Source of the DNA: Takakia lepidozioides
Taxonomy: Eukaryota; Plantae; Bryophyta
Direction: 5' to 3'
DNA: 64,000 bases
Assembly (NCBI GenBank): GCA_030704615.1
Contig: CM060733.1
Span: forward strand, 47,678,001 to 47,742,000
In this document: positions 1 to 11,517 of the stretch, piece by piece
Layout: every line of letters begins with the position of its first letter
How positions within the stretch are numbered: the stretch's first letter is position 1
Notes under the pieces: generated by a model
Told to the model about the DNA's origin: nothing
The model's database searches: none
Seen by the model: only the letters and a program-made list of their open reading frames with translations
Position numbers and translations under genes: made by a program

Positions 1-860
1 CGTGCGCGACTGATGTTGGTGAAGAATGTGTGGAGCGATTCAAGACCAGACGTAAGATGCACGATACGAATGCACAGACAGTGCCATTGTTGCGGTGCTG
101 AGCAGACGGTCGAGGACGAAGACGAAGACAACTGCGAAGTAGACAGTGTGCAGCGTTCAAAGTAGACAGTGAACTGAAATAATATATTATACGTTCATCC
201 CCAGATTCCGACATTCATCCAAGCTATTCATCTCAACTGGTCGGATAATGGCCGACATTCAACTGGAACCATTCGATCGTATTAAGATAAGATGTGGATG
301 GTCAGATTCCTTGATGCGCTGCCACGGAGACAAGGTTACTTTATGATTGACCTAAAACTCGTAGAGCAGCCTGATTAAGGTAAGGCACTGGTCTTAAGAT
401 CGAATAAGGATTAAGTTAAGACTAAGATTTGTAAGTAATTAGGTGAAGGCAGATGTGTGAAGTCGGTCGTGGGTTCAAACTCCCGGTCTCGCGCGGTGTT
501 GCTGCTGCGCTCGAGGATTTCAAATCGGGTATAACAGCTTGGACCGACGGTCATAGGCGTGGAATAATGTCTCTGACCGAGGGGTAAAGACTAAAGACGT
601 AGCCTGGCTTCTTCCTTCCTCTCTCTTACTCACTCAGTTGCTTGGTTGCTGCAGAATGTCTGCGTGCCTGCGCAAGCTCACACTCGGGAATCCGGTTGCA
701 TTACGTTCAATCCAGTGCAGTGCATTTTTTTCGAAGGATGCTTAGCTGGTTCTGCTCACATTGGTGCTCCAGACTGGATTTCGAAGCTGAGGCTGGAGTA
801 AATCGGGAGCAAGAATTGAGGCTCTCATAATATGCAGGATCGAGAAGTGCGTTTGGATTC

Positions 861-3636
861 ATGGGGAAGAAGATAAGACGGATGCGACCGGAAATCGGTG
901 AGAGCTGCACGCGGGCACAGGGCCTGTGTCGTTACAGAGATGTGGATCAACGCAAGCTTCGCCGCCTCATTCTTGAGGCCAAGCTCGCGCCTTGCTATCC
1001 TGGAGGGGAGAAGCTCGCAGCCGAACTCGAAGAATGCCCTATTTGCTTCTTGGTAGGTTCACTCGATATGCCTGCTTCGGTGTTGGCAGGGTTTATTTGT
1101 TTCTTCTTATCCGGTCCATAGGATGGCAAGGTTATCTTCTGCCCTGCCTAAGTCATATTTGGGTTGCTGCGTGGATGGTAGTAGACTTTGCTCTCTTCCA
1201 ATTTCGCGAGCTGAGCAAGATGGCGATGCTGAAAGTCTGGTGGCGAGGATTAAGGCATACATTCCTGAGTATGAGGGGTGTCCAGCTCAGCGGATGCTTT
1301 CAGTGTCTTAGACCTGTGGTGTATGTTCGTGACAGTGGCCAATTGGACTGTAGGGGAGCTATCTTCACTATTGAATCCTCAGTCCCACTTTTTGGTATGA
1401 GGATGTAGTTGTTGTCCAGATACAGTGAGTAATGAGTATCTCCTGTGGCACATGAAGGCAGGAATCTCTAAAACTATAATGGCTTAGGGAAAGAGAGAGA
1501 AAGAAATGGCAACACACCATTGAGCAATAGGCCCTATCTAACAACTATTTTCAATCTTGAAGCCAAATGTGGGTGGTTACAACCCACCAGGGTATGAAAT
1601 GCACCCAAAAATTACCAGTGCTGACAGGACCAGACACAGTGAATTGACATCCAGCATCGGTTTTAGGGCTAGCATTAACATCATACTGGAAAGCAGAGAG
1701 AATGTACTCACAAGACATTGTTTGCCGTAGCCTTGTGGCCATTTACCCCATACTGTTTATCCGATTTTTCCAGATATCCTCTAGAAATCCCTTCACACAA
1801 GCATCAATCTGCTGTGTGTGGTTGCCCAATCACTAGGCCCCAAAAGGGCCTGGGCTTTTGGCTCAGCATTGAGACTTTCAAAGTTGGTAAACAGAGGTTC
1901 AGGCACAATTCCTTGATGGATTTGAAGAGGGCGTCTCCCTGATGAGAGTACCCAGGAAAATGAATCAGAAAATGAATATTGTCTTCAGGTTGCCCTTACA
2001 ACGCGCAAATTGCAATCCCTCTTTCCTCTCTGCATCTGTTTGCTGTTCAAGGGTAGAGAGAGAAAAGCAGAGAGAGAGAGAGAGAGAGCCCCTCTTGCTG
2101 TGTTGGCGAGGGTTAATTTTCTTGAAAATGATGATGGCAGTGGTAATCCAACTCGTCATAGGCCTATGTAGAGTTTGCTCAAACTGATGGGCATCCATTA
2201 TTAGACAGGACCCGAGCTCTTGGCCACCCATCATCTTCCCCCTGTTCCTCACAGCGTAGGCTTCATAACAAGTAGTCATAGAGACTGTGTCAGTCCTCCA
2301 GGGAAGTAGGCCCTAGAGTGGACAGGATAGTTTAGGAGTAGCTTAATGAGACTGTCATTATAGTCTGATGAATCTTTGCAGCAGCTGACAATTCCATAGA
2401 GAGAAAGGAGGGAGTTTCAAGGGCAATAGGAAGGTGAGGTAAGAATGTGGGGCTGATGAGTGAGTGACTTGGGGGTGTGAGATGACAGCATTATCCAAGC
2501 CTTAATCAATCAAAATGCTGCTCCAAGGGCATCTGTACGGGTAGCCCTCTCCCTTTTTCGCTTCTCAATCCCCTCCCCCTCTCTCTGAGACTCTCTTTCC
2601 TCCAACGTCTTATGAGGACATTCTCTCTCTTTCCTCCTTTGTTAGCAGAATCGTCAGAACATAGTATGGAATGTTGGGACTGTCTAGGAGGAATTGCTAG
2701 TGAGGACATCATGCAACATTGATTTGGGATGTCCATCGTTTGGGCAAGTATCACGCCTCTAACCTTGTTCCACATGTATAAATAACAACTACCAGCATAA
2801 TATTGTCAAATGTCTTCAACTTTGCCTTACCTCAGCAGAGCCACTCTACTAGTTTCATATCCTGCAGCCCCTGCATGGATATATTCATCTCAACGCATGG
2901 AAGTTGGAGACCCGAGTGGCGTGACTAAACAATTTTTATTTTTATTTTTATTGAAAGATATATGTATCCCATGCAATCCTTGCAGCTTTCGGTTGTTGCA
3001 GCGCTCAGCATTCCCTTACAAGCACCAAACCTTCATTAGAGGATATATGGGTTGTCTGTTTCTCTTGTCACTTATGTACGAGGTAAAAGATGTTCTCCTT
3101 AAAGGATTTATGTTCCCATATCCTAGAGCTCTGTCAAGGACATACTTTACGTTTCTTCTGTTTTCTCTTGTATCTGTAAGTTCTCCACAGTGTTGTTTGC
3201 CTGTATGTTCCTTGTGAAAGAAAGGTTGCCGCAAACCATGTTCACGAATTTGGCTCTATCCTCCATCTCTTGAGTGCCAATCAAGTCTGGTAAGATCATC
3301 AAGATTCCTTGGTCCATCTGGTTATATGTAGGCCTGGGCTGTAAGGCAGAGACAAAGGTCTTTCAGTTTGTGATTCAGATGGTCATTAATCTCACCCAGT
3401 CCTGGATCTGAGAGAAGTGAACACCAATTTCTGTTTCTAGAGGGCCAAAATTGTATGCAGTATGTCATATGCTTTGAAATAGTGACTCTATTTGTTCAGG
3501 TCACAAGTTATCTCTTCTCTGGAAACATATCTACCTCTTTCGGGATTGGGGTTGCAAATTTAGTTATTTGATCTATGTCCGTTTCTTGTCTGCTGCAGAA
3601 AGTTTTTTGCAGATGAAGTCTCCACACACAGCTTGA
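861..3636 (+). pseudogene. GW2: GW2/DA2-type RING E3 ligase, truncated (exons 861-1052, 2489-2540, 3599-3636)
   Basis: GT-AG spliced translation reads MGKKIRR..TRAQGLCRYRDVDQRKLRRLILEAKLAPCYPG..LEECPICFL|HYPSLNQSKCCSKGICT|ESFLQMKSPHTA*. This matches the GW2/DA2 N-terminus and RING start. The conserved Cys in ECFLQM is Ser, there is a TGA at 3634-3636, and no further GW2 exons are seen. Confidence 0.85.
1695..1990 (-). mobile_element. 3' end of a non-LTR retrotransposon, (TC)n-tailed family, copy A
   Basis: Minus strand reads ..VKGFLEDIWKNRINSMG* followed by the tail GGCCACAAGGCTACGGCAAACAATGTCTTGTGAGTACATTCTCTCT, shared with the copies at 3763-3820 and 10851-10897. The 5' limit is approximate. 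Confidence 0.5.
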
Positions 3637-3762
3637 TTAACTCACCTTCTTGTGTTGCCGGTGAGAGTAGTGAAGATGTTGTAGGCCCCTCAGTGTAACT
3701 GCACGTTCAGTGTCAAAAGAGACGAAGAGAGAAAAAAGCAAGAAAACATATCACGTCCATCA

Positions 3763-4390
3763 AGAGAGAATGTACTCATAAGACGTTGTTTGCCGTTGCC
3801 TTGTGGCCATAGACCCCACACCCAGTTTGGACAGAACAATATACTACGTTTGTGAGGGGCTCAATCTCATGTGAACGAGTCCCGAGTGGCTCTCCTTGCA
3901 GATGTCAACCACAACAAGGGACACAACATTGGATTCAAAGTTGAAGAGGACAGGTGTAGCAAATAGGGTGTAGATAATCTCCAGATGTGCCGTCTATGTA
4001 GGGTGCATACCACCACAGTGGAGGTCAGTCCCCCTTTCATTCTATAACTCATACAGCAACCTCAGTAAATTTACTTCCTAGAGAGTCTGTTTACAGGTGT
4101 ACCCATACAACAGTAAAATACGAGCCCAATACACCACAAGTGCCACACCCAGAACGAAGTTGTGCGACAAACCTTTTGCATCTGGGGAGAAAGAGGGGTA
4201 GGCTGCTCTTCAAGCCTGCAGTCCCCAGCCCTTCCTTTGGCAGCAGGTATTGGCTCACTGTCTATGATAAGCTGTATTGAGAAGGAGAGTGCAGACAGGC
4301 TACAAGGAGAATTACCATTATGTGCAGGCCCAGGGGTACAAGATAGCAGCATCCTCAGGGATCTGATGTATTGAGGTCTTTGAACCAAGC
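3763..4390 (-). mobile_element. 3' end of a non-LTR retrotransposon, (TC)n-tailed family, copy B
   Basis: Same ~55-nt terminal sequence as copy A, ending in TCTCTCT, preceded by degenerate coding-like sequence. The 5' limit is approximate. Confidence 0.45.
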
Positions 4391-4480
4391 ATCTCTCTCA
4401 TCTTGTTCCTCGTGGAGCCCTTCAATTGATACAGCTGGGGAGCCTCAGTCAGTCACGTGTATTGACTGCCTTCCTCACAG

Positions 4481-7400
4481 GCGAATCAGATGACGAAGAC
4501 AATGGAAGTAGTAAATGTGACAGTGCAAAAGAAAAGCAGTGGTCTGCATTCTCAAGAAACCTTGTTCCCCTCTATCAAAAAGCAAGGAGAGACATTCTTT
4601 CAGGGTATGTACAGGGAGTATCCTCATGCAGAGTCTTGGTACTCACATGATAGCAACTCATGAGGCTCACAGTTCTGCAGCTTGGATTCAGAGTCCGTCT
4701 AACCTGGCTTGATGTCAACCAATACTGATCCAGGGTCAACCCATTCCCATGAAAGTAGGTTGATTATGGAAGTTTCATCTTCTCAAGGTCAAGCAGCTTC
4801 ACGAGTCCATGCTCCTGTGACCTTGGTTTCTCAGCCAAAGGGTAGCCTTCCCACTGGCCAAAATGCTTCTCCACAACTGAAGTACGGGTTGAAGTTGTGC
4901 TCCCCTCTGGTGGCTCACATGGACAAATTTCATGTCATGAGTGAGGAGAGCTCCCCCACTGAGTACACAAGCCCTGAACCCAGCAATGATGCTGTGGGTA
5001 GTCCTGATGAAGTGGTGGACTCACAATGCAAGCAGGTGCTGGATGCTGGGAAGGCATCTCCAGCCAAGCATGCCTCAGTGGCCCACAGGAGTCGTCCAGT
5101 GGCTCTTTTAAATGCAGGAAACCCCATTTGCAGTAAAGGTAGGCTTCACCAGGGCTATTCAAGTGATAAGCCCAATGAGGTAGCAACTGCAGATTCTCAA
5201 CCTGATCCTCCTCTTGGGTTGTCACCAAGTATTGCTGCAATGAACAGTCTAAGTGTACAGTCGGCTCCTCGTCCAAGGCTCTCTAAGCATAAAATGTGGT
5301 CTTTGGCCGGCAGTGAACCTGCTGCTGGGTCTTCAAGCAAAGGTCTCCCCTCCAGTATGGAAGCTCATAGACAGACGGAGCCATGTGCAAAGCACTATGC
5401 GAAGGCCATGCACTCCAACCTGGGGTGGACAAGCAAGCATAAAGAGAGATATGAGGAAGATAAATCTGGGAATCTACGGGTTGTAGTTGACCTTGTTGAC
5501 AGTGACAATGAAGCCGCAGAAGGGCACTTCGTTGATGGAATGGTTAAGGGTAGAGTTAAGCAGAATGTCCAACGGCAAGTGCCCCAATCTTGCAAGGTGT
5601 GCAATCTCCTGCGTCTTGTTTGCCCTTTTTAAACTACGTACGTAGGATCGGGGGGGTGGGGGTGGGTGGAGGGTGGGGGGTTTTCGGGGTTTGGTTGTTG
5701 TTTTTCGGAAAATTGACTCTTAGATGTTGCTTGCTACTCTTGGGGAAGACCTTGTAGCAGGATTGAAGCGGGGTGGACAAATTGGGCCAGTAGCCTTGGT
5801 AATTGAAGTAGTCGTCAGTAGTTCAGTCACAACTTTGTAGTGTAGTACAACTGATCACAAATAGATTCAAGGAGCATCATACCTCTCAGAATTGTGGCAA
5901 AATATATGGCTCCTCAAACATAATGCAGCAACCCTCTGGTTTCTATATGATCAGAAGCTATAACATGAGGCGTTTGTTCCGTGGCTCAGAGAAAAGAGAA
6001 GTAGCTTACTAAGTACAACTGACAGTTGTCTTGAAAGCTAGTTGTGTCTTTCTATTGGTAAACATGCGAGTTTGGTGCAGGAGGGTGATGTGAAAGGGTT
6101 TCCTGCTGCAAAATTGGCCTCATTTGTGGACCTCTCAGATAGTGGAAGCCAGACATCAGACAGTGAGGACCATGTCAGAACATTTGAAATTAAAAAAATT
6201 GCTGCAGACCTGGTAGCCAGGGGAAGGAGAGGCAAAGATGTTGCTGTCAAGGCTAGTGAGAGAGAGGAAGAAGAGGTTACAGTGGGACCCTTGATACATC
6301 CGGATTTACTTCCAGAGGTGAGAATTGGCTCAACACATTCATTGGGTGAGGTAAAACTGGCAGTACCTATCTGTGCCAGTCCAAGTACTAGCAGGAGATC
6401 AAACTGTAAGGTGAGGAGGCTCATCATTGATGAGGATGAAGAGGTGGAGACACCAAGGACTGTAGCTCCCATTCCAGAAAGTGATGAAGAGGCAAGCACT
6501 CTTTCAGGGAACTACGCAAGGAAGGAAGCTGATGAAGCAGAAGAAGATTTGGTTTGTCCTGACTGGACCCCTGGGATAAAATGTGATATGTGCAATAGAG
6601 GCCCGTCGCTTTCACTTGGTGGGTGGTATTCATGGTGCTGTGGTGCACCGACACCAGACTGTACATGCTCTCCAGAGGAACAAGCGTGAGCTTTTCTGTC
6701 TTTCCTTTCTTCCCCCGTCCAAAAGAGTCTGCCAGCTTGTCAGACACACCTTCAACTTAATGAAGTTTAGGATTGTACTCACCCTGTTGAGGTTTTGGCT
6801 TTCTCTCTGTGCTATGCAGAGTACAAAGGCAGACTCCTTTGCCAGAAATATTTATTACTTTGAAGCTGCTAGTTCAACTTGATCAAATGGCTGATTTTGA
6901 ACCAGCTTAGTTTCCAAGATATGTGAGTGAAGTGTGGTTTCTGTGTATGTGTGTAGTATGAAGAAGAAGCTTCTGAAGTGGAAGGGTGGGAAAAAGTGGA
7001 ACAAAAAAGACCCTCCTTACCTGTGGAGTGGCAAGGTTCATAGGCTCTGTGCCCTTTGGTCCTGTGAGGTAATGTCGATGTCTTGAACAGTTTTTTCTGC
7101 CAGACACTTGTGTGCTCGCATGCCATGGGAACTTTAGTATGCTGGAAGATGAATAACCCACCAGCGACTCTTTCCTACGTACCTTTAAAAGAAGAGCAGT
7201 CGGGTTTCTGTGCTGCTCCAGGTCTATGAGGGAGATGGGCCCCTGCGGATGGAGATGCTGATGAGTGCAGTTCAGCGTTCTCAAAAAATCGTAAGCACAA
7301 ACTTTTTTTGACTTCATGATGATGGTTGGCCCTTCCTTCCACTGCCATACATGTTCTCTCCTCAATGTGTCTAGTGGGCATTGGAAAAGGTGAAAAGATG

Positions 7401-10400
7401 TCTGCTGTACGAAGCAGTGATGAGAATCAGACCTTAGTCTTAACTTGTTTTCACAAACTAAAATGCGCTCCACCATTGAATGTCTCAAAATTCTGGTATT
7501 AACCTTAACTTGACACATGCTTTTTGTTGGTTGGACAGAAATGCTCGGATCCTGAGTGCCGCCGTTATGGAGCAACACTGGGTTGCCGGGTGAGAAGGTG
7601 CAGAAAGAACTTTCACTATCCATGTGTCGACAAGCTGGCAGTGACACTCCGTGTTCGCATGTGGGAGGGCGTGAAATTTCCCATTGCCTGTGAGGCCCAC
7701 CGTCATGTTGATAAGAATTGCCCTGACGCCAAACCTTGTCCTGTGAAAAAAAGAAAATCCTTGAAAAGTGGTGGGTATCTAACTTTTAGTTTTTGAGCTT
7801 GCAACGTCCTGAGGATTGCACACTTATAGTTTATTGCAATTGAATTGGTTTGGGAGATGCACATGCAACTTCTGCCAGTGTATGTAACTGATGTTGATGG
7901 TTGATGAACCAAAAGGTTCGGGAGTGGAGGGAGTTCGTGGGTGTGAACGGGAGCCCAAAGGCTTGGAGATTAGTGAGAAGAAAAGGAGGACGCATGAGGT
8001 GGTGGTTGTTGGTAGTAAAGGGTCAGTGCCGGAGCGAAGGGCTTCGAGGGGTGTCCCGGTGGTTGATCTTAGTGATGAGGACAGGAGCCCTGTATTTCAA
8101 CCACATGCCCAATGCCCAGTCTCCAACTCCAGCAGACCTCCTTCAGCTGTGTCAGCACGTGTTTGCAGCCAAGGAGGCAGGTCGCAGGTAGAGGCGATGC
8201 ATACACCCAACAGGTATGGCCATATCTGCTGTGTCTGTCTGAAAACTTGTTTAGTGGTCGATAGGGCCAGACTGTAATATATTGAATCTCTAGTGGTGTG
8301 CACATGTGTGCTTGAGGGTCTGGGTGTCTTGATACGTCTGCGCCGGGAGGAGCATTGCTGTGATCAATGGGTATGTGTTCATTGTTAGGCTAAAACTTCA
8401 TCCAATAGACAGCCGATTGGTTAGGGCATAATAATTTCACTGTGGTTGTGGGATCAAAACGTAAAGGTGTCCACCTTCCCATTGGAAGGCAGTAGCCCTT
8501 CAGGGTCAAGTGACACCATGAGTTTCTCTTGCTTCAGCAAGATTTCAGATTTTTATTTTTATTTTTATGTTTCAAATGCGTAAAACATCATCCTTTGTAT
8601 ATGTATGAGTGTGTAGGGAGTTTGCCACCCTAGCTTATTTGTGCCTATCACCTTTCAATCTGCAAGCGCTATTTCATCAGCCATCTGTAATGGTCAACTT
8701 AAGTGCAACATTGTACTGACATCACAAAAAGCAAGTGGCCTCCATATGTATGCACTCTCAGCCAGGCAATAGCCTGAACCAAAGCCCTGAGGTGATGGAT
8801 CCACTGCATTTGCCTCAAGATAGGCACTGCACCTCTTGGGTGGTTCTGGAATATGTCATTGGATTTAGGGAGGGCTTGAAAACATTCCCTTGGTCTTGCA
8901 ACAATTAGGGGTTGTATGGATGCATGTTACTAAATTGGTCTCACTTCATGTCTTGGTGATCACTGCAGAAGACAGGTGCCACTGCCAAATTACCTTGGAA
9001 AGAAGCTCCTGTGTATGGACTTTTCAGGTGGGCGGGAAGCGGTAATCATTCCATGTACCAATGATGTGGATGACGAGCCAGTGCCCATGCTTGAGTACAT
9101 AACACAGTGCAGGTATGTGCTAGATGCTCTTCATGCCAACACAATACGAGATCTAGGTGCTCTGACGTGGGTAAAATAGGGTACCTGGAGGAAATGTAAA
9201 CTGAGAGAATCCATTCCTAGAAATGATTAGATGGTACCAAGTCAATTGTTTTTTAAGATTTTTGTTGATGGTGTGTGTTCATGCTATGGGCTGAGAAGAG
9301 TTCTTTTAAGTCATAGGTGACAGTCACCTGGTGTTTCCGTTTGCTAGCTTTCCACCAACTACAGACAAATTCGAGTCCCTCAACCATTGTTCCAAGAGAG
9401 ATGACGCCGGCCGAAGCCAGTGTAAATGAGCTCTTCCCCCTAGCAGGTCGTTGTTGCAAGTACTATGCCATGCAGTGACAAATAGTCAGAAGATACTACT
9501 TACAAGTTCCAGTGTAAGTTGACTACAAACTGGCATTTGTAGCCTTCTGGCTTTTCCTTGTGAATTTCTGAGATGGATGGTTGTCGGGGACTGGAAGGTA
9601 CCGAGGGCTGCCAGTGGGCTGTAGGGCAGGCGAATACCTCCCAGTCAAAAAGCTCGCCAAGGCTTGTGAAGGCTGTGCAAAGTTTAGCCTCGATGATCCG
9701 GCAGCCCCTATTTCTGTACACGTTCCATTCCAGCACCGTAAGGAAGATGATCGTGAAGATTGGCAAAAGGAGCGTATGCACGGGCGACTACCTTATGACT
9801 GTCATGCCCGGCTTCTGGTAGTCTGTGGCACAACATCGCAGGAGCCCTTGTAGACTGTTACATTCATACAATGCTTTTTTGGTACATTAGAGTACTAATC
9901 ATGGTGACAATTGAGGTCAACACTGCTCTTAGGCTTCTAACTCTTGAGGACAAGAGTGCATGCCACTGAGAGTGGAGATGCGGTGCAGGTGGGGAGTGAC
10001 TACAATGAACTGGTGGAATGCAACAGCCGGTGTGGCTGCGGTGCAGAGTGTATAAACTCCGAAATGCAGAAGGGGCTACGCATCCCTCTTGAGATGTATA
10101 AAACCAACAACAAGGGCTGGGCAGTTCGCACTCTTGAAGATATTCCCAGGTATATGTTGCTCTCTTTCTCTCCAATTTGTTTCATCTCTGCTCGCATGGC
10201 TATATTTTGACCTTTCTCCTGAACACTGTGATGGGCAGTCACAGCCCACATGTGTGGAAAGGTAGAGGGCGTAGTCAGCTATAATATATTGATATTCTGT
10301 TCATGTTGGCATAGCATATTAGTACTATGCCCTATGCCCTCTACCATGGGCATAGTTACCATGAATACATTAGAGTATATTAGGGTACATATTCTTGTTG

Positions 10401-10819
10401 ATATGTTGAACAATTCACTGGCCAGTATTGCAAGGAGTCTATCTAACATCACAAATTGGGAAGGGACAGGGGGCGTTTTGTCATAGAGTATGTGGGAGAA
10501 ATGCTGACCCAGACGGAAGCCCATGCGCGCGGCTTGAAGTATGATGAAATAAAGCGCAGGCAAGGGTTTCCAGGGTTTGAATTTGTCCATTCCTTCACTT
10601 CGGCGTTGGCAGTCGGCACAAATGTTGTTGCCTGGGTTATGCAGCAGAGTTCATAATCACATAGTCCTTGCTCAATGGTCTGAATCAGTTTCGTTCTTGG
10701 TGTTTGGTCTTGGTGCCAGTTATTTGTATGATTTGGATTATCCGGAATCAAAGCAGAAACCCATATTCACTCTGGATGGCTTTCATGCTTCCAATGTGGC
10801 ACGCTTCATCAATCACAGG

Positions 10820-10850
<31 letters not shown>

Positions 10851-11517
10851 GGCTACGGCAAACAATGTCTTATGAGTACATTCTCTCTCTCTCTCTCAAG
10901 CTGCCCATTGCACCTGCCCATTTGTAGCATTCTTTTTAAGACAGCTCAAGGACGAGCTAAGGGCTTGGTGTCTGCCTACTGGGAAATGCACCGTTAAAGT
11001 TTAAGCATCTGACAGCTGCTGGTTAGGCTGTAGATAGAAATGCTATGGAATAGTAATTGCTTTTGATAAATAACCTCTTTGCCTAGTGGTTGCTCAAGAA
11101 CAGCTTCTCACATGCTACATTTTTTGATGCAGTTGTGATGCAAACTTGAAAATATATAGAGTCTACACAGAGACCACATGTAAGTGGCTCTTCCACATTG
11201 GCATGTATGCCATGCGGGATATTGAAGCTGGTGAAGAGCTTTCTTATGACTACAACTATGGGAAGAGGCTTGACCGAAATATGGATGAGGATGGAACTGA
11301 TGTGGATGGTGTGCAGCCAGAATGTCAGCTGAATTCATTACCAGAGTTTGGGGAGAACAATGAGATTGACTCCACCCACATCAAATGCTACTGTGGGGCA
11401 AAGGGCTGTCGCCAGTGGCTTTGGAAACCTTGTTACGTGGAGAGTGATACAGAAGGGGAGGCAGAGACAGAGGGACAAAGCGAGATGGAGAGGCAATATG
11501 CTCGGAGTAGCTGTTAG
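4481..11517 (+). CDS. SUV39/SUVR-type histone-lysine methyltransferase (ePHD finger + pre-SET + SET + post-SET), multi-exon; 5' end uncertain
   Basis: Exons with GT/GC-AG borders. ePHD: CDMCNRG (exon 6081-6685), HRLCALWSCE|VYE (6957-7068, 7222-7290), KCSDPECRRYGATLGCRVRRCRKNFHYPC..IACEAH (from 7539). Pre-SET: DFSGGREAVIIPCTNDVD (~9010) and ECNSRCGCGAECIN. SET: KGWAVRTLEDIPR, FVIEYVGE, YLYDLD, NVARFINHS, GEELSYDY. Post-SET: CYCGAKGCRQWL. Stop at 11517. Confidence 0.9.
8405..8490 (+). mobile_element. Degenerate tRNA-derived SINE in a SET-gene intron
   Basis: Contains TGTGGTTGTGGGATCAAA..AAGGTGTCCACCTTCC, shared with the SINE at 13732-13888. Confidence 0.45.
10820..10897 (+). mobile_element. 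5'-truncated ~31-nt retroposon tail embedded in a (TC)n microsatellite, copy C
   Basis: Reads (TC)n-GGCTACGGCAAACAATGTCTTATGAGTACAT-(TC)n. The core is the reverse complement of copies A and B as they appear on the plus strand. Confidence 0.6.

Noticed and set aside
5650-5690. G-rich intronic tract with G-quadruplex potential
   Set aside because: Simple low-complexity run with no evidence of function.
6907-7647. 246-aa minus-strand ORF, and similar antisense ORFs over the PPR loci such as 59220-60002 and 60621-61364
   Set aside because: Shadow frames opposite real exons or repeats, with no recognisable motifs.
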